From the NCBI GenBank assembly GCA_965285935.1, contig OZ260666.1, positions 45,694,001 to 45,758,000 on the forward strand: a stretch of 64,000 nucleotides of DNA. The letters are read 5' to 3'. The notes under the pieces were generated by a model that was not told the origin of the DNA, did not search any database, and worked only from the letters and a program-made list of their open reading frames with translations. Shown piece by piece: positions 14,701-29,308 of the stretch. Position numbers and translations under genes: made by a program. The DNA comes from Ophelia neglecta. Taxonomy: Eukaryota. Position 1 is the stretch's first letter, and each line of letters opens with the position of its first letter.

Positions 14701-17700
14701 ATATTTTAAAACAAAATTTCAGATGAATATCCATAGAAATATCACTGGCATAGTGCTTACATTGTTGCTATGCAAAAATATACGTATTGAGTTGGAGATG
14801 CAATACTAGTACTTTTTCTGATGGATGACTTTCCTTTGAATGCTTTCCCTACCACCGGAGAACACCTGTGATGAAAACTGTTTGGCAATTCCGCCTTGCG
14901 AGTAAAACCCACATAAGAAGCAGACATTCCTGTTCAATATTCCAGACACTGGTTTGATTTTTAGCCATATGAAATATTTCCAACCAGGACCTTATCCAGA
15001 ACTTATTGGAAAACATATCACAGATATTCTTTCTAGCTAATAATTCTGTCAGAATGTGAGACAGAATTAGTATATATTAAATAAATAATGTTCATTGAAC
15101 TACACATAAGTACGTCGGGTTTAGCTTGAACATCCGTGCAACTGCAGGCAGTTCTACCGGAAATACGATCAATATGCCTTACTACTGTTTGATTGCTGGG
15201 TGTATGGAAACAAGTAACATTCTTAATAAAGTAGTAAAAACAACTTGTCCATGCATCAGATGATTATCACAGATGATAAGCCGTAAGTCCAGTGCTCGAG
15301 TTCCAAACATCTAATATTCCATCCAAATCGACGTCATCGTGTCACATCGCGATGTGTCCCATTTGATAGTAATAGGCTTGGATTATTACAGCCATATCGT
15401 AATGAATCATGAGTGGTATTTCCCATAATGAATTGGGTAAATGCCTGGCACTTACTTTATGGCCAATCTAATTATTATAAATCCGAATCAGCCGCATGTA
15501 AATAGCTCGTTAATAAGACCATTTAAGTAGTAGTTCGCAAAATTTGTGTTCGTATCTTCGTCACGTTTTATCATTACTTCTGACAATATCGATTTGCTAG
15601 ATCGAGAAGGAATATTGCCTCTTTTTCTTAACATACAAATAAATCTTTGCGGTGCTGTACGTTCAAAGCGTATACATATTCACAGAATGTCATGGAGAAC
15701 TCCAGCGTGGAAAAGCTGAATAGGACTACCGGGACCAGCTTAATATTCCTTTCTAATTATGTACCGTGTTTCGTCTTTCTTCGTACTTACCAATACATAA
15801 AGAGTGGATCTATTTGTATGCGACTGGGCGTTATGAAATACTCCTTTTGGGAAACGGGTAATGGTGAAAAGTGGGTATGCAATCAAAAGGGCGTATTACC
15901 ATTATGCATAAGAAGTCGTTATATACCGAAGCTATCCATGATAAATGCAAGTAATGAATATAAATGTGAAGCCAATGTAACGACTTTCAATAAACATAGA
16001 TAAAAAAATTATCGTATTTTATATATAAAGATGAGCAGTGAGCCGACAAGAACAGCCATGTGGCATCAGATCATCATTGTACGGATTATAAGCATATTTT
16101 AAAAGATGAAGACTTATCCATTATGATTAATATTAAAATTATATAAAATAAACACTTAGAACGGAAAATATCCCAATGAAAAACCCTACATTTAGTTTCA
16201 TAAACACTTTCCAACGCCACCAAACGATTTTAAATTGGTAATGAACTATTCGCCCCAAAAAATGGAACGATATATTTAAAGTCCATCTTCTACATGCATC
16301 TGGCTTTGAAAATAGTTTAATTCAACAGTCTCCACCGTGGGGTCAATTAAATGTGGACTGGCGCACATATTCTACGATATTTTACGTTTCCCCTTGGTTC
16401 TTAGCCTTCTTGCGAAAATAAAAATATCTTTACAGGAGAAAATAAGTGTAGCTACACCATCGCTGTTTATCGATTATTTGGCAGCTACTGTAGCAGGCTT
16501 TGGAATGTAGGTTGATAGCGAAAGCATTCCCTTGATCCCTCGTATAATTCTGTACTGGGTACATCCCAAAAACTGATGTTGGAGTTCAGATGTGGTTGAA
16601 GATACCACGACCAAGAATTGCCAACTTTCGCCAAGACATAATCGTCGCAAAAGTGGTGTATAGTATATTGCCCGTTTCTAGCAGGACATGTGTACTTGAC
16701 ATGAAGACTAGTATTAGATTTACAGGGAAGGCATACACCTTTGTGATAACGCATCTTTGATAGATCGGAGAGACACACAAAAAAAAAGAAGTAAATATAT
16801 TATCAACGTGCTTGTGGACACCAGAAATAGAACTTATAACACTTCGATTCAACAGAGATGCTAGCGATATTAGTGACCTAGACATCAATAAGCTATCAAT
16901 AGCAACTTCAGGGGTACAAATAGAGACAGAATATACGCTTAACAACTGGTTACATTACATTTCAAAATTGACAAAGCAAAAAGCTGAATGGTGCAACAAA
17001 TGCCATTTGGAGGCAAGCACTGTATCCATGTATGAGAAGTTTAACTAATTATTTGGAGGGTATGGAGAAGCTAGAGGGCGTTCTTTTGCAGCTGTTTTCA
17101 CGACAAATACATCTTATACAAATAAGACCCATAGTAGTAAGGCCAGCAGGAGTTATTGCATACTGCTAACAAACAGCCACATTTTTCACCTTAAAGTGTG
17201 ATTGTGATTAAAGCAACAACAAGCAACAAGAAGATAGTACGACCTAATTCAGCTATGCTTGGGATTGGAAATTGAGAATTTATATAACTGGCATTTCCTT
17301 CTTACCCGTTGAAGTGACCAAAACAATAATTTTAGTATGGCCAATGTGCAAAAGATCTGTCCAAATAGGTAATTTTCATTTTAGTCTGACGCCTTCAAAG
17401 ATTACGATGAGTAACCCACCGTTGTAAAGTCCCAAGTTAGTCCCACTAATGCTGAGAACTAGTCTTATGCATTGCCGTCCCCTACTAGATTAGGGGCTTA
17501 ACTGGGCTTAGTGGTGTCATCTCAGACTAGCCCTATTTTATAAGTGGCAAGCCCTATAAAAGTCCGGGGTAGTGCTGCAACGACCTGGGAATTGGAGAAG
17601 AACCAACGGCATGAAAGTATGCGCATTAATTGGTAGGGTCAATGTCTCTCGACGCAAATATATGCATATCAAATGAATTTCTGCTAATGAAAAGAATACA

Positions 17701-19074
17701 GTGGGCCACAGAGTAGAAATTCCACATATTAATTAAAATAAATAGTAAATGAATGAAATACCATTTCCTCCCCGTGATGTTGACACATGAGTATTACCCT
17801 AAGTTCTGGCTGGCTATTAAAACCCGAAAACAACTTCTGCGTAGAACTAAAAAAAACTGTCCGTGTTGATTTACACCTAAATATGCTAAACAGCATAACG
17901 TTGAATGCAGGGAGCTATTGCCCACATTAATGGCGTCCCCGCCATATTGCTAATACGAGAATTAAGACCCGAGCCAAATATTTGCGGGTTCAAATATGCA
18001 ATTATTGAATACATAAGCATTTCTTGACGGGTAATAAGTCAAACAATCGTACATATTCATAAAGTACAAGGAAATGCTTTAGAAATATCCCACATAAACT
18101 AATGGTTGCAAAAAATGTCTATAGAGAGGAGCACTTGTAACATGACTGCTCGAGAGTTGGGTTTGCCAAGCTCATTGCAGCACCCTTTTTACAGCCACTT
18201 GGCCGAGGCAGTCAATAAATTAGTCACTTTACATATTAAAATCATCAAATCAGCACAATATTCCATTTAATCGGTCAGAAATCATTAGGAACCGTCAGCT
18301 ACAGGCCCGCAAACATCAATCCTCAGTTCTTTAACTATATATAAACTTGTTATGAAATTGACAATGGCAAAAGTGGATATGATATCATTTGCTATGAGAG
18401 AATTGCCATGCTCGGTTCGCAATGATTTTGTACTGTTTAAATGTACTATTTGTGATAAATGATTCTTTTCAGCAAGGTGTCAACTCACGTTTTTATTTAA
18501 CATTTGTTACATCACACTGTTCCAATCTTGAGACATAAGTGATGATCATAGCATCTATAGCTCGCGAGACGACTGCCTCGTTAATAGACCTGCCATTCAA
18601 TAGCTATATATATTTGAATCCGTCAACGAATAATTCTGCTGTAGGTTTGCTCTGCTAGGGCATATAATGTAACTTTAATAGTGATATATCATGAAAATCT
18701 TTTTCACGAATCGGAAGTAGGAATTTCCTAAGCCACATTCCAATATAAACGTGGAGTAGCCTCTGGATACAACACAACAAGAATTCCACGAATGTGTGTG
18801 TCGCCTGTATTTTTCTTCATTAGCCAGAAATTATATTGAACTGAGCACTTAATATTTGTGTTGGTCTCGACAATCAAATTAGCAGCGCGCTGAATGGAAG
18901 TATTATAAAGTATGATCGTCACAATTATAAGTATACTGCATTGTGAGTTGTGTAATGTATCCCACTCTTTTATTTTCAACAATAATACCTTTATCTCTGC
19001 CTAGATTTCTACCCATATTGCTTCATATGTACACATGTAATGGAGCTGACATCACTTTTTGTCAATTTTGTACA

Positions 19075-19390
19075 ATTTAAAGGCAATAACTCCGGTGTTG
19101 CTAGGGCAATCTGGCTGGATATGGAACTTGGTCCTGACATCGTGCCCCTCAACACTGTCACCAAATTTTATATATATTCGACAATAAGAATCTATTAGGT
19201 AATGTATTATATTGTTTGGACAAGACTAAATTCAGCATTTCACAATAATCCAGAATCATGACTCCTGAGTAACCTAAGCGAGCTGGCTCTTTATCGGGCT
19301 TTGCCGAGATATTATTCCCGGTAATATAGTCAACATGTTCCATAAGGACTAGATAACAATTATTCAAATGATTGTCTGGAAAAAACATAG
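19075..19390 (+). repeat. Two degenerate ~170-bp tandem units of a dispersed non-autonomous repeat
   Basis: caataactcc...ctggctggatatggaacttggtcctgacatcgtgccc is repeated as catgactcc...ctggctctttatcgggctttgccgagatattattccc. Confidence 0.5.
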
Positions 19391-22300
19391 TTGGCGCCGC
19401 TGATCCGCCATGACGCCTTTCAGGCGACCCAACAACACATTAAAGAACTGTCTCCTGCAGCTCAGGAACTGTCTTTTGCATTATATGAACCATTCTTCTC
19501 ACACAGAAAATACACTATCTTGGGATGAAATTCAACAGCTTTCAGGATATATTGACCGAAACCATTGATTAACCTGGACTTGAAGATCTGGTCACGATGT
19601 TTCCAGATCACTTTATAGAAATAATTATTCTACAAAATGCTAGGTCTAAGGCAGGGGCTATAAACCAAGTTGGATGCTGGAAGAACAAAGACTCATATGT
19701 ATTCTTAACTTCTTTGGAATATTCAATGCTATCCGTTACATTATTTCAGGGTAATTTCACAGTTATGAACACAAAATATAATACAATAACGACATAGGTT
19801 CATTAACTGTATTATCACAGCTAATTAAGACACCTAGCCTTTTGCAGCAAATCAATGTTTGTCTCAGACAATACAGCCAGTCTTCTAATATTCTAGGTTC
19901 AGAGTATTGATCCTCGTATTTCTATTGGATGATGTTTAAGAAATACTGCCTCTATCGAGTCATTTACCATACAATTATCTTTTTAAAGTGTTCATATACA
20001 TCTGAAATGGATCGAATCTATCTCCAGCTTACTATATTGAACTAAAGGACAGACATTTAATAAGCCATGGTACATTTTGACAAGATATGTAGACACTAGT
20101 AAATAAGATGTAACTGTATGCTCAAGAAAAAGGAAAAAAATAACTCCTTTGCTGCAATGCATATAATTATGATTTTTTTTTATGGTTGTATATAACGTTA
20201 GTTAAGGGAGGGGGGGGGGGTAAATGGGATGTAAAGAGAACAATATGAGGTGGCTGGCGTTAACATGCATCATTGGCCAGAATTGTAACAAATTTATAAC
20301 ATGGGTGACCCTGACTCCGATCTTAATAAATAGTGAATGTGCTTGATACAGTGTTTGATAACTCATTGAGCTTATTATAACTAATGTGTGCATGCAGATA
20401 TAATTTCGTCGAGCCTTTCAGATCGACTTCCGTATTGTTATTTTATGATTCGTTCATCTTACATAAGCTAAACTGCCTTCATTTTTGTGCATAGATGATA
20501 TCATTTTGCTTGGGTAATGTCTATCACTGCTTTTTTTCAATGACGTCACAAAGTGAAAACAGCCGCTCTGGTAGAGCTTTGTGCAACTGTTGGTTTGAGG
20601 GAGTTTGCCCCAAACAAATGCTCATCAGTCAAACTCGCGATTCAATCTATCGTGGGCATAGTCTGATTACAAATGGAGAAAGCAACTCAAATCCCTCGTC
20701 AAGTTCGATTTTTACAGTTTCGTGTGCGTGTTGGTGAATCCGCAGGCACATGTTGTAGCTTTAGGAGCTAATGTAGATTGAGCAGATGTCGAGGAAAATA
20801 ATGTCCTGCACGCACACACAGAAGAAATAAAGCAACATTGCAAAAGACATTGAAAAACACAGTAAGGAAAACATTGCCTGTCCTTGAAGGAAAGACAGGA
20901 AAGTAACTTCTCGAGTGTATAGACGAATAATATTATGTTTTATCATGTTTAGATCCTGAGGCCTATGACCTCGGATGCTAACAATCTAAGCAAATGATCC
21001 AGGCTCATAATATAGTTCACCATTGTTCAAAACATTCATAGTTTTCTTTATAATAATATACCTGATATGCCCCTTTCAAGAAAATGGGTGAACAAACACG
21101 AACACAATCATTCAGTCTGCGCTGAAATGGATAAGCATACAAGAACACCTGCAATAAAAACCCCGTGATATCTCGAGATCCCTATTTCTTTTAGGGCTAG
21201 AAAAGGTATGCGCTAAACGTCATCACAAGCCTCACCTTAAGCAGAACCTAAATGACCAAACTAACACAAAGGAAATATTCCAAAATATTAAAAATTATTT
21301 CTTGGTCGAAGTCGTTAGGTGCGAAAATTCTCCGCCTAAACCTGAAAATGGTTTCTTGTTTAGCAAGATTAAATCAGTCTTGTGCTGCATATAAAAACAC
21401 CTATACATCTATCTTATGTCCAACACGTCTACTGTTGACTGTTTCAGAAAAAAATAAAATAACAAAATAACACACAATTTCAGTGCTTATGGCTTTGCCG
21501 ATCAATACGATCTCTAGTTATTTACCGTTCAGTTGGTGTAAATTTGACATAATTTTTTTCTGCTTTTTCTCCACTCGGTAAATATGGCGACCTATTATTC
21601 CATGTGTTCAAAACATAATGTATACTTTTGAGAATAACTTGTTTTAGGATATAAAATTAGCAGTTAATCAACAAACAAAAATAAGAGTAAAACAACAAAG
21701 TAATACATATTTTCATGCTTATCAAAAGCAGAGTAAAGCACTCACTTCATGTGTACAATCTTTGCGATGATAAGATCAGTCTGTTGGCGGCAGACGACAT
21801 TAATTTCGTATTTACAAACTGTGCAGTTAAGTCATTTAAAACATCACAGATTATCAAGAACAAGTACAATTATACTGAAACTATTTCAGCTACACCATAT
21901 TTATAACAACACTTATGCAGCGCATTTCACCAAAGCTGTTTAACTATTGCACCACGAGTGTACAATAATAGAGATGTTCCCAAGAACAGGAAAATGTGCA
22001 TGCAATGGCTGCGACAATGTAAGCAGGTTAATGAATTCAACTTTGGTACGTTATTTGTAATGCTAGGCATGCAACATAATTGGAGAGACCATAATGGGAG
22101 CTACTATTGGCGGTGATTCAAGGAGGTAATAATAAGCTAACATAGGTTGATTCTTACTAACCGATAAATCCGGATAAAGCACAAGATGAGACTAAAATAA
22201 ACTATACCTTTTATCGTAAATGCAAAAAAAGTATTTGGCAGGAATATTCACATGCATGGATATCTGATGGTTAGTTCTCCATGCCAATGCGGGCGTGGGT

Positions 22301-22500
22301 GGGGAATTATAAAACGAGCACTATATAAACAGTTTGCCCCTGTTGTCCTACGTGAAACAATGTGGCTGGTCTCAATATAAGTCCGATATCAGAAACTTTA
22401 TGGGACCTTGAGGTTGATTTTTGTTGTCCGGAAGCTGGAGGTCCCTGACAATTTGAACCAACTTATTGGGATTTTTCTGGATGAATGATCTCCAGCTTTT

Positions 22501-22902
22501 GTTCCTGCTGTTTCAAATGTTTCAAATCAATTCGAGGCAAATAAGTCCATAGGGCCTGATCCCATTCTAGCTACAGTAATAATAGAAAGAAGTGACCTCG
22601 CCCCCAATGCTTCCTCTCATTTTCCAGCTATCCACCACCACCAGTCAGGTAACACGTGACTGGCAAAAAATAAACATGATACCCATTTACAAGATGCCAT
22701 ATGTCTAAACCCCAAAAAATCAGGCCTTTAACACTGACAGCCATCTCCGGTATTATTCTAGTACATATCTTTCAATTTGTTAGTAAATCATGAACAACTT
22801 GAATAAACATCCTTTAATCAAAATGCACAGAATGGCCGTCATCAAAGATCCTGTGAGACAGAGTTGCCCTTTACAAGTCATGATTATGCCTTAAATCTGA
22901 AC
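22501..22902 (+). mobile_element. Decayed non-LTR retrotransposon (CR1/L2 group) reverse-transcriptase N-terminal fragment
   Basis: Frameshifted NKSIGPDPI, LIFQLS..SQVTRDWQKINMIPIYK, IRPLTLTAI, QNG..QRSCETEL..TSHD match the classic KAxGPD / PxDWK / NYRPISLT / QHGFR..RSCETQL motifs. Confidence 0.85.
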
Positions 22903-25900
22903 TTCTTGGCGGTTCCTGTTAATAAATCAATCGAGAAGAATGAATTTGCTATTCTACCGGTTATCCAATCCCATTTTTGTTGGACGACCTATGAACCCAG
23001 CAATTGTAGACTTATCATTAAACCTTTCTAACAACGTTCCCTCAACATTCTTTCATTACAACTTTGAAAATCTTTGGCATTAGATGTTCCATAAAAGCCT
23101 GGATCATATAACTGCAGTGGGAATAAAATACCAATAGATTGGCTAAATACAGAGTTGAAGGAAGTACACTGGAAAGTTAGACTGCAGTTACTTGGATTAG
23201 CAGCCAGAACCTTGACAATATTGATGTACGAGATCCTGTTTTACGTTTCCAAAGAGGCGATACGTCTGTGCATAAGCTGCATTTATAACAATAAAGAACA
23301 AATGCGGGCGGGAATTAACTATAAACACTTCCGTATCCTTTCCTGTTTCATGGGCACAAGGCCTATCTATGGACATATATATAGGATACAATTTCAATCT
23401 GCATGTTTGTACACTTATGGCTTGTTTGTATTTAGCGAGAAACGCTTCTCATTAGCCACACAAAAACTTCAGACACCGCATCGATCTAATTAATCGCCTG
23501 ACGACGAATGTCAGAAGAAACAGTCTCCCGTCAATTGCTAAATGGCTTAATGTAGATATATGTGATCATAGTTTGAAAGTAATCAACAAAAATTGATCCA
23601 ACCTCGAGTAATTTTGGATTTATTCAAATCAAGAGTATATTTGACTGTCCAATCAGACGGAATCTTCCAATATCTACATGATCATAACTTGAGTTGCGTA
23701 TTCGGGGTTGATTGATTAAGCCAATAGACTCATTTCTAACAATTATCTATATTGATACTTATCTCTTCCAAACAAACCAAGCCTATTGCAATAAAAAGTT
23801 GGATTGCGACTTTCTGCAGTTGAGCATAATAATCTAGGTTGCCATTTTATATCCATCACAAGTTGAAGAAAACCACAGTCCTTCCAGCGTAAAAGTCCTA
23901 TCGGATATTCCCTTGCAGACAGAATGTGTTTATTAAGAAGAAATAAAAACTATTGAACAATATCTTTTTAGTTTAATGGGATGAGAGGGGTGCTTTGAAT
24001 GAATGCTTGTATAAGGGATACTTTGTAAGATTGTGCCAGATCCCTTATAAGGGATGGTCCCTTTGCATTTCTTCAGGGTATGGGGTATGGTATTTTTAAA
24101 AAGAATGCATTTGGGCTATAAGTATTCCAACCCTCTTATAACAGTTAGTATTTTCAATGAAAATTGACAAATGAAGATCTTTCAGTGGAGTATTTTTAGA
24201 CATAAAATTCAATTCTGAGCAAAAGCCCCTTGGAACATTGAGGCATTAATATGACGACACAATTAATCAAAATGGATGAAAAGTAAACTGCTATGCCCTG
24301 AGGTTCTCAAAATGCTCCTCATTGAGCATCACGCTCACTTGTCTATCCTAAAAGACTTCCAATCAACATTCTAAGCGTAGTGTTTCAACCGTTAAGTGTT
24401 CGTTTGTGTGCATCCAGAGTCATATCTACTTTTCATGGTCCTACAATGTAGAAGCACTGACGCTCGGTAGGTTTTAACAGCATGTAGGTTGAAAGCAGAT
24501 GTGGAAATAATCAGTATGCAAGTATAGACCAACATTGCGGCGGACATTTCAAAACAGAATGGACACAAAATGCCGCCATTTTGTTTAGAGAGTGAAATGG
24601 TCAGACCTTAACACTATAGCTGGTCAAGTGACCATTCACCAAAATTATGCCTACCTTAAGCCTGTTTCAACGGATTGGCTAACGACTGGTAAAATGACTT
24701 AAGTTGATAACCGCGCACACTAAATACTGTTTGGACAAAGCTGTCAAAGTTTCTGTTTTCTGTTTTGCTCATAGACGATATTTCCATGTCGAAGGTTGAT
24801 ATCTCATTTTCAAAGCATGCTTGGCTAAAGAGTTTCGCCTGAAACCTTTCCAGTCGATTTCGGGCTTGTTGTTTTATAATCAGTCCCTGTTTTATTGACT
24901 TGAGTTTCTTCCTCTTAAAGAAAAGATTGTAATATTTTTTTGGACTCAACCAGTCGATCGTTTTAAAGACATCAAGTAATAAAAGGAAGCGACCTTTGAA
25001 GCGCTTAGTATAAATGATGCTTTTCGGTCAGAACTTTTTCGCAAGCAATTCCTCGTTAATTTTTTTTAAAGACTGCATATAAAGATTTATCGCGTGAAAA
25101 GCTGGCTTTAGAATGGTTCATTCCAAACTCCATTCAAATCGATGTTTACCGTTTGGCATCTGTCTGGATATCGGCCAGAACATGAAAAGGTTGTATAAAC
25201 AATTAAATAGTTGATCATCAATTTGGAAAATAATGAATCATAAGCCGACTCACTCACCCTCTCAGGAAATAGATTAAAATTGAAACCGGCAGACGACTTT
25301 GAAAATAGTTCTCCTGTTTGGTAGTTTATCTAGTCGCCTTGTCCAAATTGACTCTGTCCAGTACCTGTGGCATTTGTAAAGCTAGAAGGCATATTGGGAG
25401 CGGGTCATCAATTATTCACGTGACTTATAATAGACATTGGAAGAGTGCTATCTCTGCGGAGATTAGCAGCTTTTAGGAGCCGCTAAAAAGAGTGCTCTTG
25501 ACCAAAACTAACCATAATCTGCATGTTTAGCGCTCAATAAGCTTTTCAAGTCAGATAAAGTTTGTGTCCATGATACCTTATCTGATGCCGGATTTGACTC
25601 GAACTCATTTGAAAGGCCATTCATAGCGATGAATAGTCATCCTCGCATGGTTAACTGCCATACTGCCTCAATGGAGCAGTTGAGCAGAACGCCTGCATGC
25701 TTTATCTCTTGTGTACGTAGGCATTCTCGTTAGAAACCACATAATACTGTCATAGAATGCAACTTTCTGACAGCCGCTAACACCATGCAACTAATAAAAC
25801 GATAGGCCAAAAGTCAATTGCTATCCCGCCAGAGCCTGCACGAGAAAATAACCATTCCACATTGCCACAAAGCTCAAATGATTGTTATTTTTTCATGGCT

Positions 25901-28900
25901 AAGATAGTACACTGTTAATTGAAATACAGCCACCATGATCGTTATCCGAACTGAACCTCAATTTCACACGTTAGTCGGCGATGAAATTAAACGTTGCCCT
26001 AAACAGGGAAGCATGCTTGCATAGAATAACTTCATATAAAGGCATTTAAAAACTTCCTATAAAAAAATCCCTTGGGGAAAAACCTAAGATATAATTAGAT
26101 CATATATAATAATTAAAATTTTCTTATTTGATATAATTTTGGGGTGATGGGGGCAGATTTTTGTTGTTGAGATTTTGCTCACTTTGCTGTAAATAAGTTG
26201 GTTTCACAGTGTTAGGAAACGGAAATTGCGTCCCTCTTAAGTTACAGGCACTTGTTCTATACAAAACCATTTATATTATCGGTAGCGCTTTCAGATCACA
26301 CACAAGCACTGACCTGCAGGTCACCTCCCTGTAGCAAGACACACTGGCGTAGGGAGGCAGATATACACATATGATGTTTATGATGAGCCCAGAATAAGAA
26401 TAGTGCCTTTATCATAACCAAGAACAAGTGGTTCCTCGAGAAATATGTAAGTTGTTACGTTTCATTTAATAAATTTTCTCTTTCCAAAAGATAACGTTTA
26501 AATAAATAAGCTAGGGGACAAATATAACTTAGAAAAACTACTGCCAACATGGGTGGTGTTGTGTATGGACCTATATTGGTTAACACTAATATAATAACAA
26601 TACTAAGATGTTAATTGAAAACCATAAAAAAGTCCTCTAATATCTGTTTTTATACGATTTACAAACATGCTCGTTTCTACCGATTATTTCGTTTCATATT
26701 CAAACACCTTTCATGTTTGTTAATATTTACATGCTGGAGTTGTGGTGTTATAAAATCTATCACAGTGTCATAGTTAACACAGCACGGTTGGATGCTAAAT
26801 AGTTCCAGCTCAACAAGCTTATGTTTTTTTGTGTTTTCAATTTGAACCGAGCACCAGTCAAGCATGAAATATTAAATCTCATGACATTTTTTTGAATGTA
26901 AAAAATCTCTCATTACATGTTAAAGAGGAGTTAATGACGAGTGAAAGGAACCTACCATGTTAGTTAAACGCCCCATCAGAATTAGGGTGCAATTATCACT
27001 TTGAAGTTGCTATGGTCTACCTTTGCTAATATTGCATCGTCGGGTTACTCTACGCGTGCAAAACACGGCAAGGTGCTTTACAAGGACTCCTATAATTCCA
27101 AGGTTTAACAGTGATTTGTTAGGCGGCCATCTGAGATTTTTTTCCTGATTAAGCTTTGTTCTCCGCCACTACTTCCTAGAAGCCACCAAAGCACAGGCAT
27201 ACACTCCCACACACGCAAAAGCCTTGCCAACGAGTCCTGATTCAGGGGTAATCAATCCAACCAGCGAGAGAACTGGGCAGGCCGAGGGCTGATGACTGCT
27301 CCTTAGAAGCCATAACAGGCCTCTATTGGTGGCAGTAATTCTAATAATCCAATTTCTTTATGTCGTTTCCATGTAGAATTCCCCTTGTATGTCCTCAGTT
27401 AGAACATGTTTCTCAGCATCGGTGCTCCTCTTGTCGGTGGTGACTGATGGCTGTGGCGGACAGATGCCGACTGCCGTATCCTGCGACTCGCTGTCGGGTA
27501 CTGGCTGGTGTACACATCCACTATCGCTTACACAACGCCCGCCACTGTAGCCTGTATAGGAATTTTGTCCGCTCGCTCTCTTAAATCAAGCTCGCTCGCC
27601 ATGGGTTTTGTCCATGCAGCGACTGGAATGCTTTTAGCGATTTCAAGGAGACCGCACATTCTGCCCCTGTTTATTTAGGTTGCCTCAACCTCGCTGGGAA
27701 TATGGGGATATATTAACAACAAATTATGAAAGAAAAAACTTGCAACTGGGTTTAGTCTTAAAGACCGACATCAAAAATCATCAAGTCTTACTTCAAACTA
27801 GGAAGGCACTTGTACATTTAAAAAAGGAATACACAAGGAAGACAGGGACACAAGATGAACGCAAATAGTATGATCGTGTCATTGCTTAACCTGGTCATGT
27901 TTTTCGCCAAGGTCACCAAACCATTGGCTCCAATACGTCCTTATGATGGAAATGTTAAAACGCTCATACGCATAATCATTGTCTTAAATAGGAAGCTATT
28001 CAATTCCAGTAACAACCTCTAGATGGAGCCTGCCTTTGTCGACAATTGTGGGTGGTTATGCTTGTTGCGGTAAGGTCCACAGCAATTGATGTACCCAATA
28101 CCGCGTCCACATGGCTGCTATTACGAAGCAATAAAGTTTATTATATATGTATAAAAACAAAACAGCCATCCATGGGCTGCCATAGACATTCTATATTTAT
28201 CTATTCCAAACTCTTCCTGAAAAGCTGCTATGCCTTAAACCTTATACATTTAGAAGCACCGTGGCAAATCTCGGTGGCTCCTTCAACAATGACGCACCAA
28301 GCAACCCAGCGTGCCTTTCATCAATACGTTCTAGCTTTTGTTTATTCAAATAGCTAGTAACACCAAAACCTCTAGCGTGAGGACTGGACTAAAAAAAATG
28401 GAAATGGAACGTCTGAGAGTGGTGAGACACAATGGAAAGAGATTAATATTGAGATCACTTTTCTGGATTGACTCCGGGTTGATACGTTGAGCAAATGAAC
28501 TTTTGTCCCAACATTGGAGTTATGATCGGAATAAGTCATCACGCGACCCATGTATCAAAGAGGTCTGCACTTTTGACTCATTGGATCCGCAAGCATCACT
28601 TATAGAAAACGTATAGAAAGACACATACACTTTAATGAAATTTACTCGGATGTCCATTTGTATATAGATGGAGAACAAGTCGGATAATTTAACAGATTAT
28701 TACACAGAATTACTGCATACGGAATCTCTTAAGACCGCAATACCATCCTCCGATGTATATGATCCGATAGCATTGAAGGTGTAGAGATTAAATATAAGAT
28801 AAAATATATAAAGTTATGGTTTCTGTGGCATCAGGTTTGAGTTTGATTAATAAAGATGCGACGAGATACATTAATGGCGGGTCTCTGCCACGAAGGAATT

Positions 28901-29114
28901 CCACCCCAACACAGACTCATTGACCACCGTTGACCAGCAACGAATCTCACCCAAAAAGAAGCCCTATAATTTCAGGATGACAACTGACGCGTTATCAAGG
29001 AGAATTCATATGATTGTATAATATGAATAAATCTATATATATTAACTCTAGTCATCTGTGATTCATCAGGATGTGAAGGATCACTTATTTCCTTGACACT
29101 GTGGCTAAACAAAT

Positions 29115-29308
29115 TGAATACCCCTTTTTCTTTTTCTCGGGAGGCTGATAAAAAAGACCCCTTTTTTCAATTACTCAAGAGAAAAAAAAAGTACCCCTTA
29201 TTCGGGAATTATCGGGCCCAAGATCCAAGCCCAAAAAATAACCCTATTACCTAGAAATCGTGAACGCGCATGCGCCCTCCCCCCACCCAACTCAGAGAGA
29301 GGGGGCCA
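29115..29308. repeat. MITE-like fragment with repeated ACCCCTTTT motifs and a C/G-rich end
   Basis: Four (a/t)accc(c)t motifs followed by gaacgcgcatgcgccctccccc; a compositionally similar element lies at about 56800-57040. Confidence 0.35.

Noticed and set aside
14820-14960. VFITG...GK Walker A-like string on the minus strand
   Set aside because: Needs frameshifts and no downstream Pif1 motifs are visible.
15343-15356. 14-bp perfect palindrome CACATCGCGATGTG (also the hairpin at 56344-56362)
   Set aside because: A few palindromes of this size are expected by chance in 64 kb or inside MITEs.
16485-17048. Overlapping ORFs with faint Penelope RT-like words (LYWVHPK, ASDISDLDI)
   Set aside because: Motif spacing is wrong and there is no catalytic YxDD.
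21970-22030. THAP-like VPKNRKMCMQWLRQC
   Set aside because: The remaining C2CH ligands and AVP motif were not found.
23495-23535. CTGACGA...GAAAC hammerhead-like core
   Set aside because: Stems I-III do not pair.
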